DNA from: Lepidodermella squamata
Lineage: Eukaryota > Animalia > Gastrotricha
Length of the DNA stretch: 64,000 bases
Direction of reading: 5' to 3'
Assembly (NCBI GenBank): GCA_047495785.1
Contig: JBLDXI010000054.1
Coordinates: 186,001 to 250,000, forward strand
Position 1 is the first letter of the stretch; every line of letters begins with the position of its first letter. The position numbers and the translations under genes are program-made. The notes beneath the pieces were generated by a model. That model was not told where the DNA came from. It searched no databases and saw only the letters and a list, made by a program, of their open reading frames with translations. Of the stretch, positions 1 to 12,742 are shown piece after piece.

Positions 1-467
1 AAATCAGTATCTTAAAGTGTCGGAATATACTGTGATTGAATTGAAGCTTTCCGATGAAATGATGCATTTTTAATAGCGAATATTTATTCCGATGGTTCCG
101 AAGGTTTCAGATAAAAATGGTACGATGAAAGTAATTATTGTTCCGATGATTTGAAGTTACTTCTAAAGCACACGTAAATCATTACTATCTGGATTCTTCT
201 TGACTGGATTCATCTGGATTCATCGAAGGTAACGAATGAATTGGCATTGGATGAAATATACCTGCGACTTGAACAGATGAGATCGATATTCATTGCTAAG
301 CCAGATTTACTCTGAGCATGACTCTGTGCGTGATCTGCAGGAAATTGAAAAATTAACGCCCATTCCGCAAACATTATCAGTTTTTTGATTCCTCATATCC
401 TTCATCAAACAGAGGCGCAGCTGCTCGAACTGAAGAATTCTCTGGCATTTCATCTCATTCCCTTGAT

Positions 468-817
468 ATGTTGAAGCACATATAGCCAGTAAGCTATGCT
501 TTATTTTTTGTATCTGCCACCTTAATGCACAAATTTTGTCCTCCAATGCAACTTACAAGGCCGCGGAAATACTGACTGCAAATTGCAACATTGGACCAAC
601 AGCTAATTCGCCGACTGAATACGACGACCAGCCATCAACTTTACGTCTTGTCCTTCAGGTTGACAGGTTTTACGGCGTTAACGACGTGGAGGAATCAGTC
701 GCATTCAAAGGCGTTCTACAGATGATATGGATAGTTCCCTGTGTTGCGAACTACGTAAACAATCCGGCTAATCAATGGCCAGCCAAATTGAAGAAGCTGC
801 TACATGAACCGCCAGAT
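468..817 (+). pseudogene. 5'-only, frameshifted duplicate of the pLGIC gene at 15416-16573
   Basis: Near-identical to 15416-15770 (SSNATYKAAEILTANCNIGP...EPPD). A 4-nt deletion after the ATG at 468 gives an early TAG at 483-485. Homology stops abruptly at ~817. The upstream flank from ~272 also matches 15213 onward. Confidence 0.88.
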
Positions 818-1102
818 AGCAGGAATTTTATTTACAACATCTACAAGATTGAACAATATCCAGAAAGGATAGTGAGAAGAAGTCTGCTATGAAGAGCAGC
901 TGAACGTCCGAGTAGGTGTATAAAGATGAAGTTGACACAGAGACAGCCTTGAAATCAGCCGGTTTATAACGGGCGTCACATCTGGATTCTGAATATTGAT
1001 AATTCAACCGAAACTGTCACAAAGCGCCATGGGTTCAAGAAAAGAAAAGAGAGGAGAGAAGAGGGCGTGTCATGGTGACTGTTTAATGAATGTGTGCGTG
1101 TT

Positions 1103-4100
1103 TCAGATTTCAGCATAAAGACAAAAGTAAAGATTAATTCCCAAAACGATGAATAACGCAGCGAATAAGGCCATCAAGTCATAGACACGAATGAGTGGCA
1201 GCGCTCTGAAGCAGCGTAGCAGTTTGATTTCGTTAGAAAGTGTAGCTTCGAAACGATTAGTCATAGCTGCCGAAGTAACAATTTCATACATTGTCAAGGC
1301 CGCAACAGTTGCTGTTAGGCTTAGGATGTAGTTCGCATAGAGAATCTGATTAGAAGTCTCAGGAACGCTGCGCAAAACATCGGACTGTGCGACAACCATT
1401 GACAGCATGATTGTGCAACAAATTGCGGGACGATCTGGGACGGCTGGCTCCATTAGCAGACTGCCGAATCCAAGCAACAGCAAAATGTAGCAAGGAATCA
1501 GGAAATTCACAATGTAGTAACCAGGGTCGCGTTTGAACTTCAATAAGATCTTGACGTATGAAACTTGGGAGGTGACTCTTGATTTCGAAGCCACAGTACC
1601 TCGTTCTGTTTTGTAGCTGTCAAATTCCCAAACGCCGTAATCAAGAGAACCAGCTATATTAACATATAACCCGCCGATCGAAAGAAACTCAGTATTCTCC
1701 TCGAGTTCCATTGTCATGTCACATGTTTGCTGATCGAAGGGAAACGTTGTTAGGTCAAGCTTGCACTTGGTGGCGAAAGTTCCAACTCGAGTCCAATGGA
1801 AAAACAAGGTTCGATTCGGCCGAGTTGGATAGTAGGCAATTTCAATCTTCTCCCCGCAAACCGGATTGGTTATGTCGAAATCGGGAGTTTTGTTAGGGAA
1901 AATCATCGAAGGTCGCCATATGTCAGTTCGCCGGGTTGAAACGAGCCGCTCCTTGTCATCAGCCCCTGGAGCTGTGTAGCTAGCGTCGCAGGTCGAAACC
2001 ATCCATTGGAGGAGGAATGAGCCCCAGAAGTAGAGTCGCTGCTGGTCCAGCTCAAAAGACTCTACATTATCGAGATCAAGACTGATAAATACAGACGTAG
2101 CACGTCCAGGTGTTCGCTGTTCAACGCCTAGATACGGACACGGGATGAGATCTCCTAATGCGACTGTTGGCAACATATTCCCAGGCAATAGCTGTGGAAC
2201 AGGAAAGCCTGTTACTGGATCGTAATAAGTAGCCCCTTGATCGGTAGTAGAATTGTTCAAAGTTGCTGTTGTTATCGCAGTTGTTTTCTGATTGATCGAA
2301 GTGCTCGAAGACGTGTACTGTTGTGTAGTTGTCGTCATGAGGCTGGTTGATGATGATGATAGCGAAGATGATGATGATGAAACAGTTGTTGTGGTATCGT
2401 TCCTTGTCGGCGACAAGATCCAAGTCATCCTTCCCGAGAAACAATTTTTGAGATATTTGAAATGTCAACGAATATTTCTTACACTCGCCTGACGTTGGTG
2501 GTACCTCTGAATACTACCATTTCAGCCATGCTATTACCCGTTATGTAACGTAAGTTAGTGAAACATATAGCCGAAGGAGTCGCTCCATAGCCAGGCAACG
2601 CTGCTATACCAACCTGCAAGAAAAATTGTCTACCAATCGCGAAAATAAAGAAAGATACGAACCGTTACAGTGTAGTTCACTTTTTGTACAATAAGCCGGT
2701 ACTTCGCATTGCCACTGGAATCGAACAAGTTCGATAGACCGCACGCTGGTTGGGACACACTGGTGTAATTGAACGGCACTGGGGTGAAATTCGTGACTTT
2801 TGCGCTGTCAAAAGCCGCGTAAATCTCTCCACTACCGTTCGCGAGTCGCTGAGATATGGTCAATCCATTGTAATTCAGCATAGCATTAGCATTACTGCTG
2901 CTCTGGCCGTCAGTTGAGTCTATTAATTCAATATAAATGTTTATGGCTCGAAGGCTTCCAGCTCTTCAACTTACTAAAAGACTTATATGCATAAAGGGTG
3001 GGGAAGCTGAGGATAAACCAAGCTGACGATCCATTTGTCGGATAATAGGCGTCTAAATCAAATTCGATGCGCCAAGGCCAATTCTCATGAGTGTTGCTAA
3101 AGTCCTGTGAGATAAAACCTGAAAATCCCGACTAAACATTATAGATCATGCGCACCCCTGTTATGAATGACAACGGCCAGGGTGACTGGAGAGTGCAGCC
3201 TTTCAGATAGGAGCATCCCCCAGGACCCCATCGATACGTCCAGGCCGTGATGCTGCTGTTATATCCGTCAATGCTGTTGATCATGTGAATGGAGGGAGGC
3301 CCAGCTAAATCAATCGGATAAGGCACAGTAAAGATGTCTGGATCTGGGAGTACGGATCCTTGCGTATGCCAGAAATTGCTGCATTCAAAATTCAAGAAGA
3401 TAGATACCAGCGATCCAAGAAGGGTTTGATCGGAGGGAATAGGGCGATTTTCGAAAATCTCTCTCCCATTGATCATTCGTTCAAGGATGTTTAAAAGGAG
3501 ACTAAAATCATCTCTACTTTTCTTATTAGCATTTCGCTGAGAATAGTTTAAAACTGCATTAAAATTACATGTTTACGATAACTTGTGCCAACAAAAATGG
3601 CGTAAAATTGCTTAAAATGAGGTAGCTTTTTCTTTTTATTGACTTTTTTATTGACCAATGTCATTTTTACCGAACAATGTCTTATTTCATCCGACATCCA
3701 AAAATGGGACTAAAATCATCCGACATGAAAGCTCGAATTTTCTCGAATTTCACTCTAATTTTATGGTGACATTGCCGGTGGTTTATCCGAGTTGTCACTT
3801 TTTACTGTAATTATTTGAAATTACGAAAAAAATAAGTCGGCTGATTTTAGTCAAATTTTTAGATGTCGGATGAAATAAGACTTTGGTCGGATAAAAAAAG
3901 TTTTCCCCGTGATCGATGATCTTTATGAAAATTCTGAAAAAAGAACGGAATCAGCATATACAAATTACCTCTTCGCCTTGTTAAGGGGGATTATGCATCG
4001 AAAAAAGCAGCTTTTTTATGAATTTTTAATTTTGTATAAGGCCATGAAAGCAGGCAGACGAGCAATTTTCTTCCATTATAAATTGAATCTTCATTTCTCA

Positions 4101-5627
4101 ATAAGGAATCACGGCGAAGCCATGACTTCTAGGGTTACTTTTCACGGGGAATAATCCCGTGGTGATGTCTATTTTCTAATATTGGCAACTCTCAATCGAT
4201 TATCGATTATCGATTATCGATTATCGATTTTGAAATGAGTTCTTTTTTTAAGTGATCAAAGTTATCGCTGCTTGTTACTTTGTGGAAGATGATTACCCCT
4301 ACCGATTTTCCTTCTGAGTTTTGGACGTCTATTCCACTAGACTTTTCCAGTTTCAAAATGGGTCGATTATTCCCAATTTTCAGCTTCAAGGGGGTAAGCT
4401 TATCCCCTTCGGAGTTTTATCGCAGCTCTCTGGGAAAATAACCACGGGAATCCCCCACTCTCCCATAAGCCTCTGTCCATAGTCGGATCAGATATATATA
4501 AATCAGCAGCTGCAGTCAACTCACAATTTTCGGACGACGATATCAGAATCCGAACCCATTCCAATGAGGAAAGGCCCAACCCATGACTGGGCGCTCATCA
4601 GCGAATGCAAAGTGTTCAAGTTTCCGAGCATATCGACATCGGCGATGCAATTTGTCGCTGGTAAGGGATAACTACCATTGAGTGGAATAATGGAAATCTG
4701 ATTTACAAGCAAAATTCCAGATAAATTGTTCTTTGATCAACGCCTAATAACCTACATTATACGTGCGATAATTGCGCTGCGTTTGGAACACGATTCGATA
4801 CGTTGAGCTGCCTGAATTTGTTAGAAAATTACTGTTACCGCAGCTTGGCTGCGATTCGCCAAAGTCTGTGGTCCCGTTCATCGGGGGTCGATAAGTGACA
4901 TTGATTGTTGCAGGCTGTCTGAACTCGTTGAAACTTGCATAGACCTTACCACCAACTTCGAGCTTGTGCCAAATTGTCCCGCTACAACCAAAGCTGATGA
5001 AGGAATCGTAAATCGCAGCTGAGCTATTCGACTTTGCTAAAAAAATTAATAATTGAATATTAATTCAGGGCCAAAGGAGCATAAGAATCTCAACAACTTA
5101 CTTGGCACCATTTCCACTGCTCGTCCGATGCCGAAGCCGAACCAAGCGTCTGAATTGCTGGTTTTGTAGGTAATCGAAACCTCAACTTCGATTCGAAACG
5201 GAGCAACTACGCCATGTTTATCTGTTATCAACTGCCAAGGCTCTGATTAGTTCAGTTGGTGAAACTTGGTGAAACTCACTGTCCCCGCAACCAAGCCGAA
5301 GGTTTTGTTCGTATTTGCCTGCGAGGAGATGAGCTGGATGCCGTTTTGGACGAATGCAGCCGAGTAGGAGAGAGTCAGGCTGGTGTTTCCATTTGCATTC
5401 GCATCTGTTCGGTCGAAAGACAGGTCAGCTACATATCGCGGAGTTCCTGCGAGTGATTCTTGAAGTGGAACAGAAGCTGTGTCTGGTACAGGGTCTGTTC
5501 CTGATTCAACCCCACCCAATCCTAAATTTGATGAATATTCGATTACTGATAAGTACCATCCGAACCTCGTACCTGCAGACAGAATTGTAACGATGAAAAC
5601 CAAATATGAGTTATAATAAAGCATCAT
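1103..5627 (-). CDS. Fusion gene A: signal peptide + two tandem unknown beta-rich domains + Ser/Thr stalk + Cys-loop pLGIC (~985 aa, 10 exons, intact)
   Basis: Hand-spliced exons 5627-5573, 5521-5280, 5240-5102, 5036-4756, 4697-4525, 3378-3156, 3104-2975, 2919-2663, 2613-2483, 2429-1103 total 2958 nt, are open, and use only GT-AG introns. The last exon has loop A WRPS, Cys-loop CKLDLTTFPFDQQTC and four TM helices, but no signal peptide of its own. Confidence 0.85.
3667..3894. mobile_element. MITE-like inverted repeat in intron 5 of gene A
   Basis: gtcttatttcatccgacatc...gactaaaatcatccgac (~3678-3724) is the imperfect reverse complement of gtcggctgattttagtc...gatgtcggatgaaataagac (~3836-3881). 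Confidence 0.6.
4195..4229. repeat. (ATCGATT)x5 microsatellite
   Basis: Read directly from the sequence. Confidence 0.85.
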
Positions 5628-8600
5628 AAGGCATATTTCATGAAAAAATTCATTCACCTACTTCACCCTAAGCTTCATCTCAGCTGCGGGGCGTAGGCAG
5701 AAAGTAATGCTGTTTACAGGTTTAGTAGCTTTTAGTAGCTAAGGCTGGGAAGCTAAGCTGGCAAATAGCTCTATGGCTAAATTGCTTTCAACTCAATTCA
5801 AAGATTTTTAAAGGATTTAAAAAATTAATATCATAATGTGCTCGCCTTGGGCCTTGGGTTTATTGACCTGTGACTTGGACAATTTTAAAAGCTTGGGTAC
5901 ATCGCTGAGAACAGGTTTATTACTTATTCCACATAAGTATATTATATTATGTTTTCATTGGGTTTTTTGACACTTGATTTTTTGACATTTTCTGAATTAG
6001 ACGCCTGAAACGACGTCTGACGACGTCTGAACCTCTGAAAAATGAGACGATACCTCTGGGTTTTCCCAGAAATTTATTTCGGAGTTTTCATTCATTACTA
6101 TCAATAAAACTTAATAATAATAGATAATAGTTGTATTTAAGCCTCTCATTGACTGAAGAGTCATTAACGTTCCCGGTTTTGAAAATTCTTTAAGACAATC
6201 ACCACCACTAGTTTCAGCAGATCTTAAGACTTAGGGACAGAAACGAGGGTCATAGCGTTAGCGATATTGAATACCGTATTGCTGCAAATACTGACCCACG
6301 CTCGTTTAGTAACCCACCTCATTTAATAACCCAGGCAAATTGATGAGTCAGATACATAACCCCACCCTCGTTTAATAACCCGGGTTAAAGCTTTTAAGGG
6401 TTAATAACCCGTCGACGATAAAGGACCACAAGCCACAAAGAGGTATTTGATTACGCCGCACAGTCTCGCGTGGATTAGTCATCAGCGTGTCGCAACGACT
6501 CCGAGGCCGCACGAAAGTGCAGGTGCTGTGCTAAACAAATACGCGAGTGGCGTTAATCCCTTGGAGGAATAGAAGAAGAGAAACCTCTTCATCCGCACAC
6601 GAAGCTTGGGACACGAAGGCGTCACGCTGAGACCCGAGCGAAGGCGCCAGAAAGGCTCAGCGGAACGAGAGTGACTAGGAAAACAGCGAAATCGTCTTTC
6701 ACGATGAAAATTAAAAGCTTTTTTGATGGAAATTTTGAAATTTGACGAATTGATGAGTTAAGTCATTGGAAATTTTAGAAGCTCTACAGGGTAGCCAAAA
6801 AGAGCTGCAGAGGGCAAAATCATTGATTTGAGTGCGCATCCCTTTATAGCATCCCTGAAAAAAATAAAACATTCTTTTACCCATGAAATTCTTTAATTTC
6901 TCGAAACTCCTCATTAAAAATTGATGCGCACTCCAATCAATGAACTTTGCCTGCCTGCGGTTCTTTTTGGCCACCCTGTAGTTGTATAACCCCACCCTCA
7001 AATAGAAATCACTCTCGAATAGAAGCCCAGTTTTTGGTAATTTTTGGCCTTCCAACTTTGCATAAGCTCGTGATAGTATTTACAGCATTACGGTAACTCG
7101 GATTTAGGGTCGTTTTTACGTCCTTTTAAGATCACGGGTGAATTGAAACTGGCTCTTCATTAGAATATCCTTAGATAAATAGCCAAGTTTAACAGTTCCA
7201 AACTCAGCCTAGGTAGTTTCGAGCATGGTCACAGGTCCAATACATGTTAGTTCACTTCATGAAAATTACCGCTTAATTTCCTGAAATCCTACTTTATTCT
7301 TTTAAGATTCGTGAACGTGAACGTAACGGGTCAATAAGCATACAATACAAAGTCAATAAAATACTTATCGATTGTTTATAACAATCCTCTGCAATTGAAT
7401 AGCCGCTCTGGTTGAAGTAAATATCCAGAGGGCAAATTATTATGGCGATATATGACTTGGGCACTTCACTGCGATAACACTATACGTATTCCAGCAAACA
7501 CAAGCGAGTTGAATTGTGGATTCGAATACAGCTCAAACACCAGCGGCAGCAACCAAGTATAAATTGGCGCTTAGGATGAAAAAACCAGCCGCAAGAACTA
7601 CCAGGATGTCGCAGACACGTTTAAATTCCAGTGGTTTGAAGCGGCGAAAGAGCTGGATCGGAATTGTGAATTTTACTACATCACGAGCCATAAATATCTC
7701 ATAGATGGCAACGGCAGCCATAGTCGCGTTGAGACTCAAAGCATAGTTTGCCAACAATATTTGCTGATCAGTCTCAGGAACGCTTCGCAAGACATCAGAT
7801 TGCGCAACGATCAGTGACAGCATGATTGTGCAGCATATGGCTGGGCGGTCCGGGACACTTGGATCCATCAACAGAGTACCAAGTCCAAGTACTATAAGGA
7901 TGTAGCAGGGGATCATAAAATTCACAATGTAATAGCTTGATTCGCGTTTGAACGTCAGCGTAATCCGCGCATAGGAAACGCGCGATGATAACGCCCTTAT
8001 TCGCGCTGGCATTGTACCCTGTTCACTTTTGTAATTTGATAACTTCCAAACTCCAAAGTCCAGAGACCCAACCACTTTAACGTACAACCCACCAATCGAT
8101 AAAAACTCCGTGTTTTCCTCTAAAGCCATCGTCATATCGCAGGTTTGGTTGTCGAAAGGAAAAGTGGTCAGGTCCAACTTGCAACTGGTTGCGAATGTCC
8201 CAACACGTGTCCAGTGGAAAAACAAGGTTCGATTCGGCCGAGTTGGGTAGTAGGCGATTTCAATCTTCTCCCCGCATACCGGATTGATTATGTCAAAATC
8301 GGGCGTTTTGTTAGGGAAAATCATCGAAGGTCGCCATATGTCAGTTCGCCGGGTTGAAACGAGCCGCTCCTTGTCCTCTGCACCTGGGGCTGTATAGTTC
8401 GCACTACAGGTGGATACCATCCACTGCAGCATGAGAGAGCCCCAAAAGTAAGCCCTCTGTTGGTCTTGCTCCATCGATTCGACATTTTCCAGGTAAACGG
8501 TGGCATATACCGTTGATGCACGTCCAGGTATTCGCTGCTCGACGCCAAGATACTGGCACGGAATAATATCGTCAATAGCCACGGTTGGCATTAAGTTCCC

Positions 8601-9284
8601 AGCCAGGAGCTGTGGCACTGGGAAGCCAGTCACTGGATCGTAGAAAGTGCCCTGAACACTCTGATCGGCCACAGAATTGTTTGAAGTAGTTGTGAGGCTT
8701 ATCGATGGCGTTATCGCGTTATTTTTCTGATTAATCGTCGAGGCTAATGAGGTGTATTGCTGTTTAGCAGTTGTCATCAGACTGGTTGATGAGGATAATG
8801 AAGTCGAAGCGGTTGTTGTGGTGTCATTTCTTGTCGGCGACAAAATCCAAGTCATTCTGTCGAAGAAAATAGTTTTGAAGAAATTGGGAATCTCAAGTAA
8901 TAATGCTTACAGTCGCCTGATATTGACGGTACCTCTGAATACCACCAATGTGGACGAGGTGTCCCCAGTTAAGTATGGTAAGTTAGTGAAACATATAGCC
9001 GAAGGAGTCGCCCCGTACCCCGGCAGCTTCGTAATACCAACCTGTGAGACAAAACCACTTAAAACCAGCGATAGGAAAAACAAGTTACCAACTGTCACAG
9101 TATAGTTGACTTTTTGTATTATAACATTATGCTTCCGTATTGCAGGATCAAAGTCCACGTTGTCACGTGGTATGAATAGCTAGTTCTGGGGCGTTATTTT
9201 TTTCGTTGCTTCGTCGTTTCGTCGTTTCGTCACTTCGTCATCTTTTACAAAAAAACTGACGAAAGAAAACAAAATGGGGAAAAA

Positions 9285-9349
9285 GGAGGATTCGAACCCG
9301 GGACCATTGGGTTATGACGCACAAGGCGAAACCACTGAGCAACAGTGCT
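9285..9349 (-). other. tRNA-derived (initiator-Met-like) pseudo-tRNA/Pol III promoter at the inner edge of the left TIR
   Basis: Minus strand reads AGCACTGTTGCTCAGTGG...CATAACCCAATGGTCCCGGGTTCGAATCC followed by a T-run, i.e. A-box, CAT loop and B-box. The acceptor stem does not pair. Confidence 0.6.
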
Positions 9350-10183
9350 GGGTCATGGTAGTCATCTTCGTTCGCCATTTTTATGTATTATATAAAGCAT
9401 GGCTATCGGTGCAGTATTCGAGAAATGCGCGGATAACGCACGAGGCCGTAGGCCGAGGGCGTTATTGGGCATTTCGAGAATACTGCCCGATAGCCACGGT
9501 TTATTTGATATAAACCACCGATGCCGCCAGACAGGGTTGACAGCTGGGCCATAAAATTTGAATTTTCAAATGTTATTGCGGGCAATCAATTGCGTGCGCG
9601 CGCGCGCTTGACGGTATTGTGCTCACGAGAGAAAGAGACGGTCATTGTGTCGAAGACAGTACGAAGAAGATTACTCAGGGTTTTTTTAAGCAAACGATTG
9701 GTTGTTACAAACGATTTTTTGGTAGTTACCTCGCTCGAAAGCGACATTTTTTGAGCTGCATTGGTAAAAATTAAATGTTATTTTTACCGATAATACGAGC
9801 GAAGCGAGGAATTTTTGAGGATTTTCCACTAGAAAAGGCTCTGAAACCTCTTAAAAATGAGGTTACAGCAGTCTTTTCCAGGCGTTACTTCGATTTTGGT
9901 TGTTACACTTGCTCCGATTGGTTGTTACATTGTAACATGTGTAACATGCTTAAAAAAAACACTGGATTACTTGAGGTTTTTGTGGTGTAATAAAAGCGCG
10001 CGCATCCGGTCTAACCGTCTTTTTCTTTTATTGCCTATAATTTAAAGTAAGGTCCTCGCAATTTGACAGGAGTGCATTATAAGAAAAGTTGTATGGATAA
10101 TGCACTCAGATAACACGTCATCGGTGGTTTATATACTAAACGAACGCTACACTTGAGCGTTTTTTGCCGGTTGTAGATAGAAA

Positions 10184-10249
10184 GCCTCCTATTGTATAGT
10201 GGCTCAAATCCATGGTTCTGATCCTTAAGGTTCCGGGTTCGAATCCTCC
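10184..10249 (+). other. Second, different tRNA-like head at the inner edge of the right TIR
   Basis: TTGTATAGTGG (A-box-like)...GGTTCTGATCC...GGTTCGAATCC (B-box), then TTTTT. Confidence 0.55.
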
Positions 10250-11139
10250 TTTTTCCCCATTTTTTTTTCTTTCGTCAGTTTTTTTGTAAAAGATGACGAA
10301 GTGACGAAACGACGAAACGACGAAAAAAATAACGCCCCAGAACTAGCTATTCATACCACGTGACAACGTGGACTTTGATCCTGCAATACGGAAGCATAAT
10401 GTAAGCCTGTACTTCGCATTGCCACTGGAATCAAACAAATTCGACAGGCCGCACGCTGGTTGTGACACATTGGTGTAATTGAACGGCACAGGGACGAAAA
10501 AGAAATTTAGGCTGTTGTCAAAAGCCGCATAAAGCTCCCCACTACCATTTGCTAGTCGGTGAGAAATGGTCAAACCAAGGTAACCCCGCATAGCATTGAT
10601 GCCCTGGCCATCAGTTGAATCTGTTGAATAAAAAACAGATTACACATAGCTGGAAGGTTTTCATTTCATGAAATTACCAAAAGACTGAGTTGTTGTGCGG
10701 GCGGAGAAGCTCAGGATGAACCAGGACGACGATCCATTTGTCGGATAATAGGCGTCTAAATCCACTTCGATGCGCCAGGGCCAATTCTCATGAGTTTTGC
10801 CGAAGTCCTGTGAGATAAATCGCCGCTTCAAAATGCCTAATCAATCAGCTAATGCTCACCCCTGATATGAAAGAGAACGGTGAGGATGACTGAAGGGTGC
10901 AGCCTTTCAGGTAGGCGCATGACGTATTTCCCCATTGATACGTCCATGCCGTGATGCTGCTGTTATAGCCGTCGAAGCTGTTGATCATGTGAATGGAGGG
11001 AGGCCCAGCTAAATCAGTCGGATAGGGCACAGTAAAGGTGTCTGGATCTGGGAGTACGGATCCTTGCGTATGCCAGAAATAGCTGCATTCATAATAGAGG
11101 ATAAAAAAACATATTTTAATCACGCCATAAACAACTCCA

Positions 11140-12742
11140 TACAGATCTGAAACTCGGAAGTCCCGTCTCATGAGACAGTTTTTCTAACTTTTTTCGAATT
11201 GTCTCTTTTACAAAAAATAGTTATTTTAAGACTCTTTCAGGACGGTTAAATTTGTTACTTCACGCCGAAATTTTCAGAGTACATTAATCCGGTACAACTT
11301 TGAACACCTACGTCCATGCAAATTTAAATGTCCTGTGTAAGTTCAACAGATGCGATTTTGGTCGAGTTTTCAACGTAGTTCGATAGGGGCCGCCTTGCGT
11401 AACATTCTGATATTTTATTCTCGGAAATTCGCAAGCTTAAGGATTTGGCAAGGGGTACCCCAAAAGTACAATTTTGAACAGCGCAGTGCAACTTTGAACA
11501 CCAAGATTTTGTGTAATAAAACATCCACCTTTATTCGTGCGCAGAGAATTTCGCGTGAAATTTGCGATTTTCAACTCACTGGTTCGCTCTTTAAGAATAA
11601 CGGACTGCGTGAAAATTGAAAAATAATAAGCCATCAACATTTTTATGGTGGACTTTTTACTCGGTATTTAAAATTAATTCGTTGCCAATACGAGATAAGA
11701 AGTCTTTTTTCTGATCACTACGTTCTCTATGGAGCATAGTGAAGTTCAGTAAATGCGAGCGAAGTCTATAAAAACTTGAAACATTCTCCTCGCAGTGAAA
11801 ATAATGAATTTCCATGATGTTCAAAGTTGTACCTTTGAGTGTTCAAAGTTGTACCGGCTACCCTTGCAACTTTGAGCACATGCCACGCGAAAACCACTCT
11901 ATAGAAGGGCGTGCCTTTTTTGGCTACTTCTTCAGAAAAGTATAAGCTTGAATTCGCCAAGTTGGAGCGCGCGGATATCTGCTACGGTTATCGCAGGGCA
12001 ACACTTCAAAGTAGACCAAAAGCGTTGTTTTTTCGGGAATTTTTAGGGAAGAGACTGTTGGGGCTGTGTGAAACTAGGCAAAATGTTAGATCTCAACGAG
12101 ACCTATATTTAGTAAAATTTCCAAGCGATAGATCCCCGTAGTTTCAGAGAAAAGCTGATTTGCGTGAAATGTTTAAACTTGTACCTGTTCAAAGTGGTAC
12201 CGGATTACGGTAAAATACTTTTATCTTACTTGATTTATGCTCTATCCAACGAGGGATATATAACTTGAGCTAAACAGAATTTTTTTGAATTTTTTCGAAA
12301 TTGTCATGTACAGGGCATTCTCGTGAGCTAAAAATCACTACAAATAACCTAATAGGTATTTTTAGAAAATTGTTCAACCAGAACCACAACATTCTGATCA
12401 GCTTAAGTTATAGTATATCGTTGAATAGAGAATGAATCAAATAATATGAAAGTATTTTTCTCGGAATTTTTCGGCATGAAATAAAAAATTAAACCATCCC
12501 GAAAGACTCTTAAAATGGCGATTTTTTCTTAAAAGTGACCAATCTTGAGACAATTTAAAAAAGTCAGAAAAAACCGTCTTATTAGACGGGGCTCAATGGA
12601 TAGAGGAGCGCTACTAGTGTTCCGTTAAATTTTTTTGGATTTTTTTTGGAATCAAGCTTTTTCTTGGGGAATTTAAGAAAATAATTCAAAATCGGAAAAA
12701 TTACGACGGGAATAGGAAGATCGCTAGTTTCCGATCTGTATA
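11140..12742. mobile_element. Older degenerate TIR element in intron 5 of gene B
   Basis: 11140-11255 is an imperfect reverse complement of 12485-12590 plus 12725-12742. Confidence 0.55.
11282..12210. mobile_element. Nested MITE with TA TSD (Tc1/mariner/pogo-like ends)
   Basis: ta|cattaatccggtacaactttgaaca ... tgttcaaagtggtaccggattacgg|ta. The motif caactttgaaca is repeated internally in both orientations. Confidence 0.7.

Larger units (their letters stand above)
9125..10401. mobile_element. Non-autonomous TIR DNA transposon with TAA target duplication (PIF/Harbinger-type TSD)
   Basis: ~175-180 bp near-perfect TIRs (cattatgcttccgtattgcagg... / ...cctgcaatacggaagcataatg). TAA at 9122-9124 and 10402-10404. 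The empty site is reconstructed from paralog A (ataagcc). No transposase ORF. Confidence 0.9.

Noticed and set aside
1-270. Recurrent ttccgatg-like motifs
   Set aside because: Irregular spacing and no definable unit; probably a repeat fragment cut by the window edge.
6290-6420. Repeated taataaccc motifs
   Set aside because: Look like subterminal repeats of a transposon, but I found no matching end or TSD.
9285-10249. Calling the two tRNA-like heads functional tRNAs
   Set aside because: Acceptor and anticodon stems do not pair properly.
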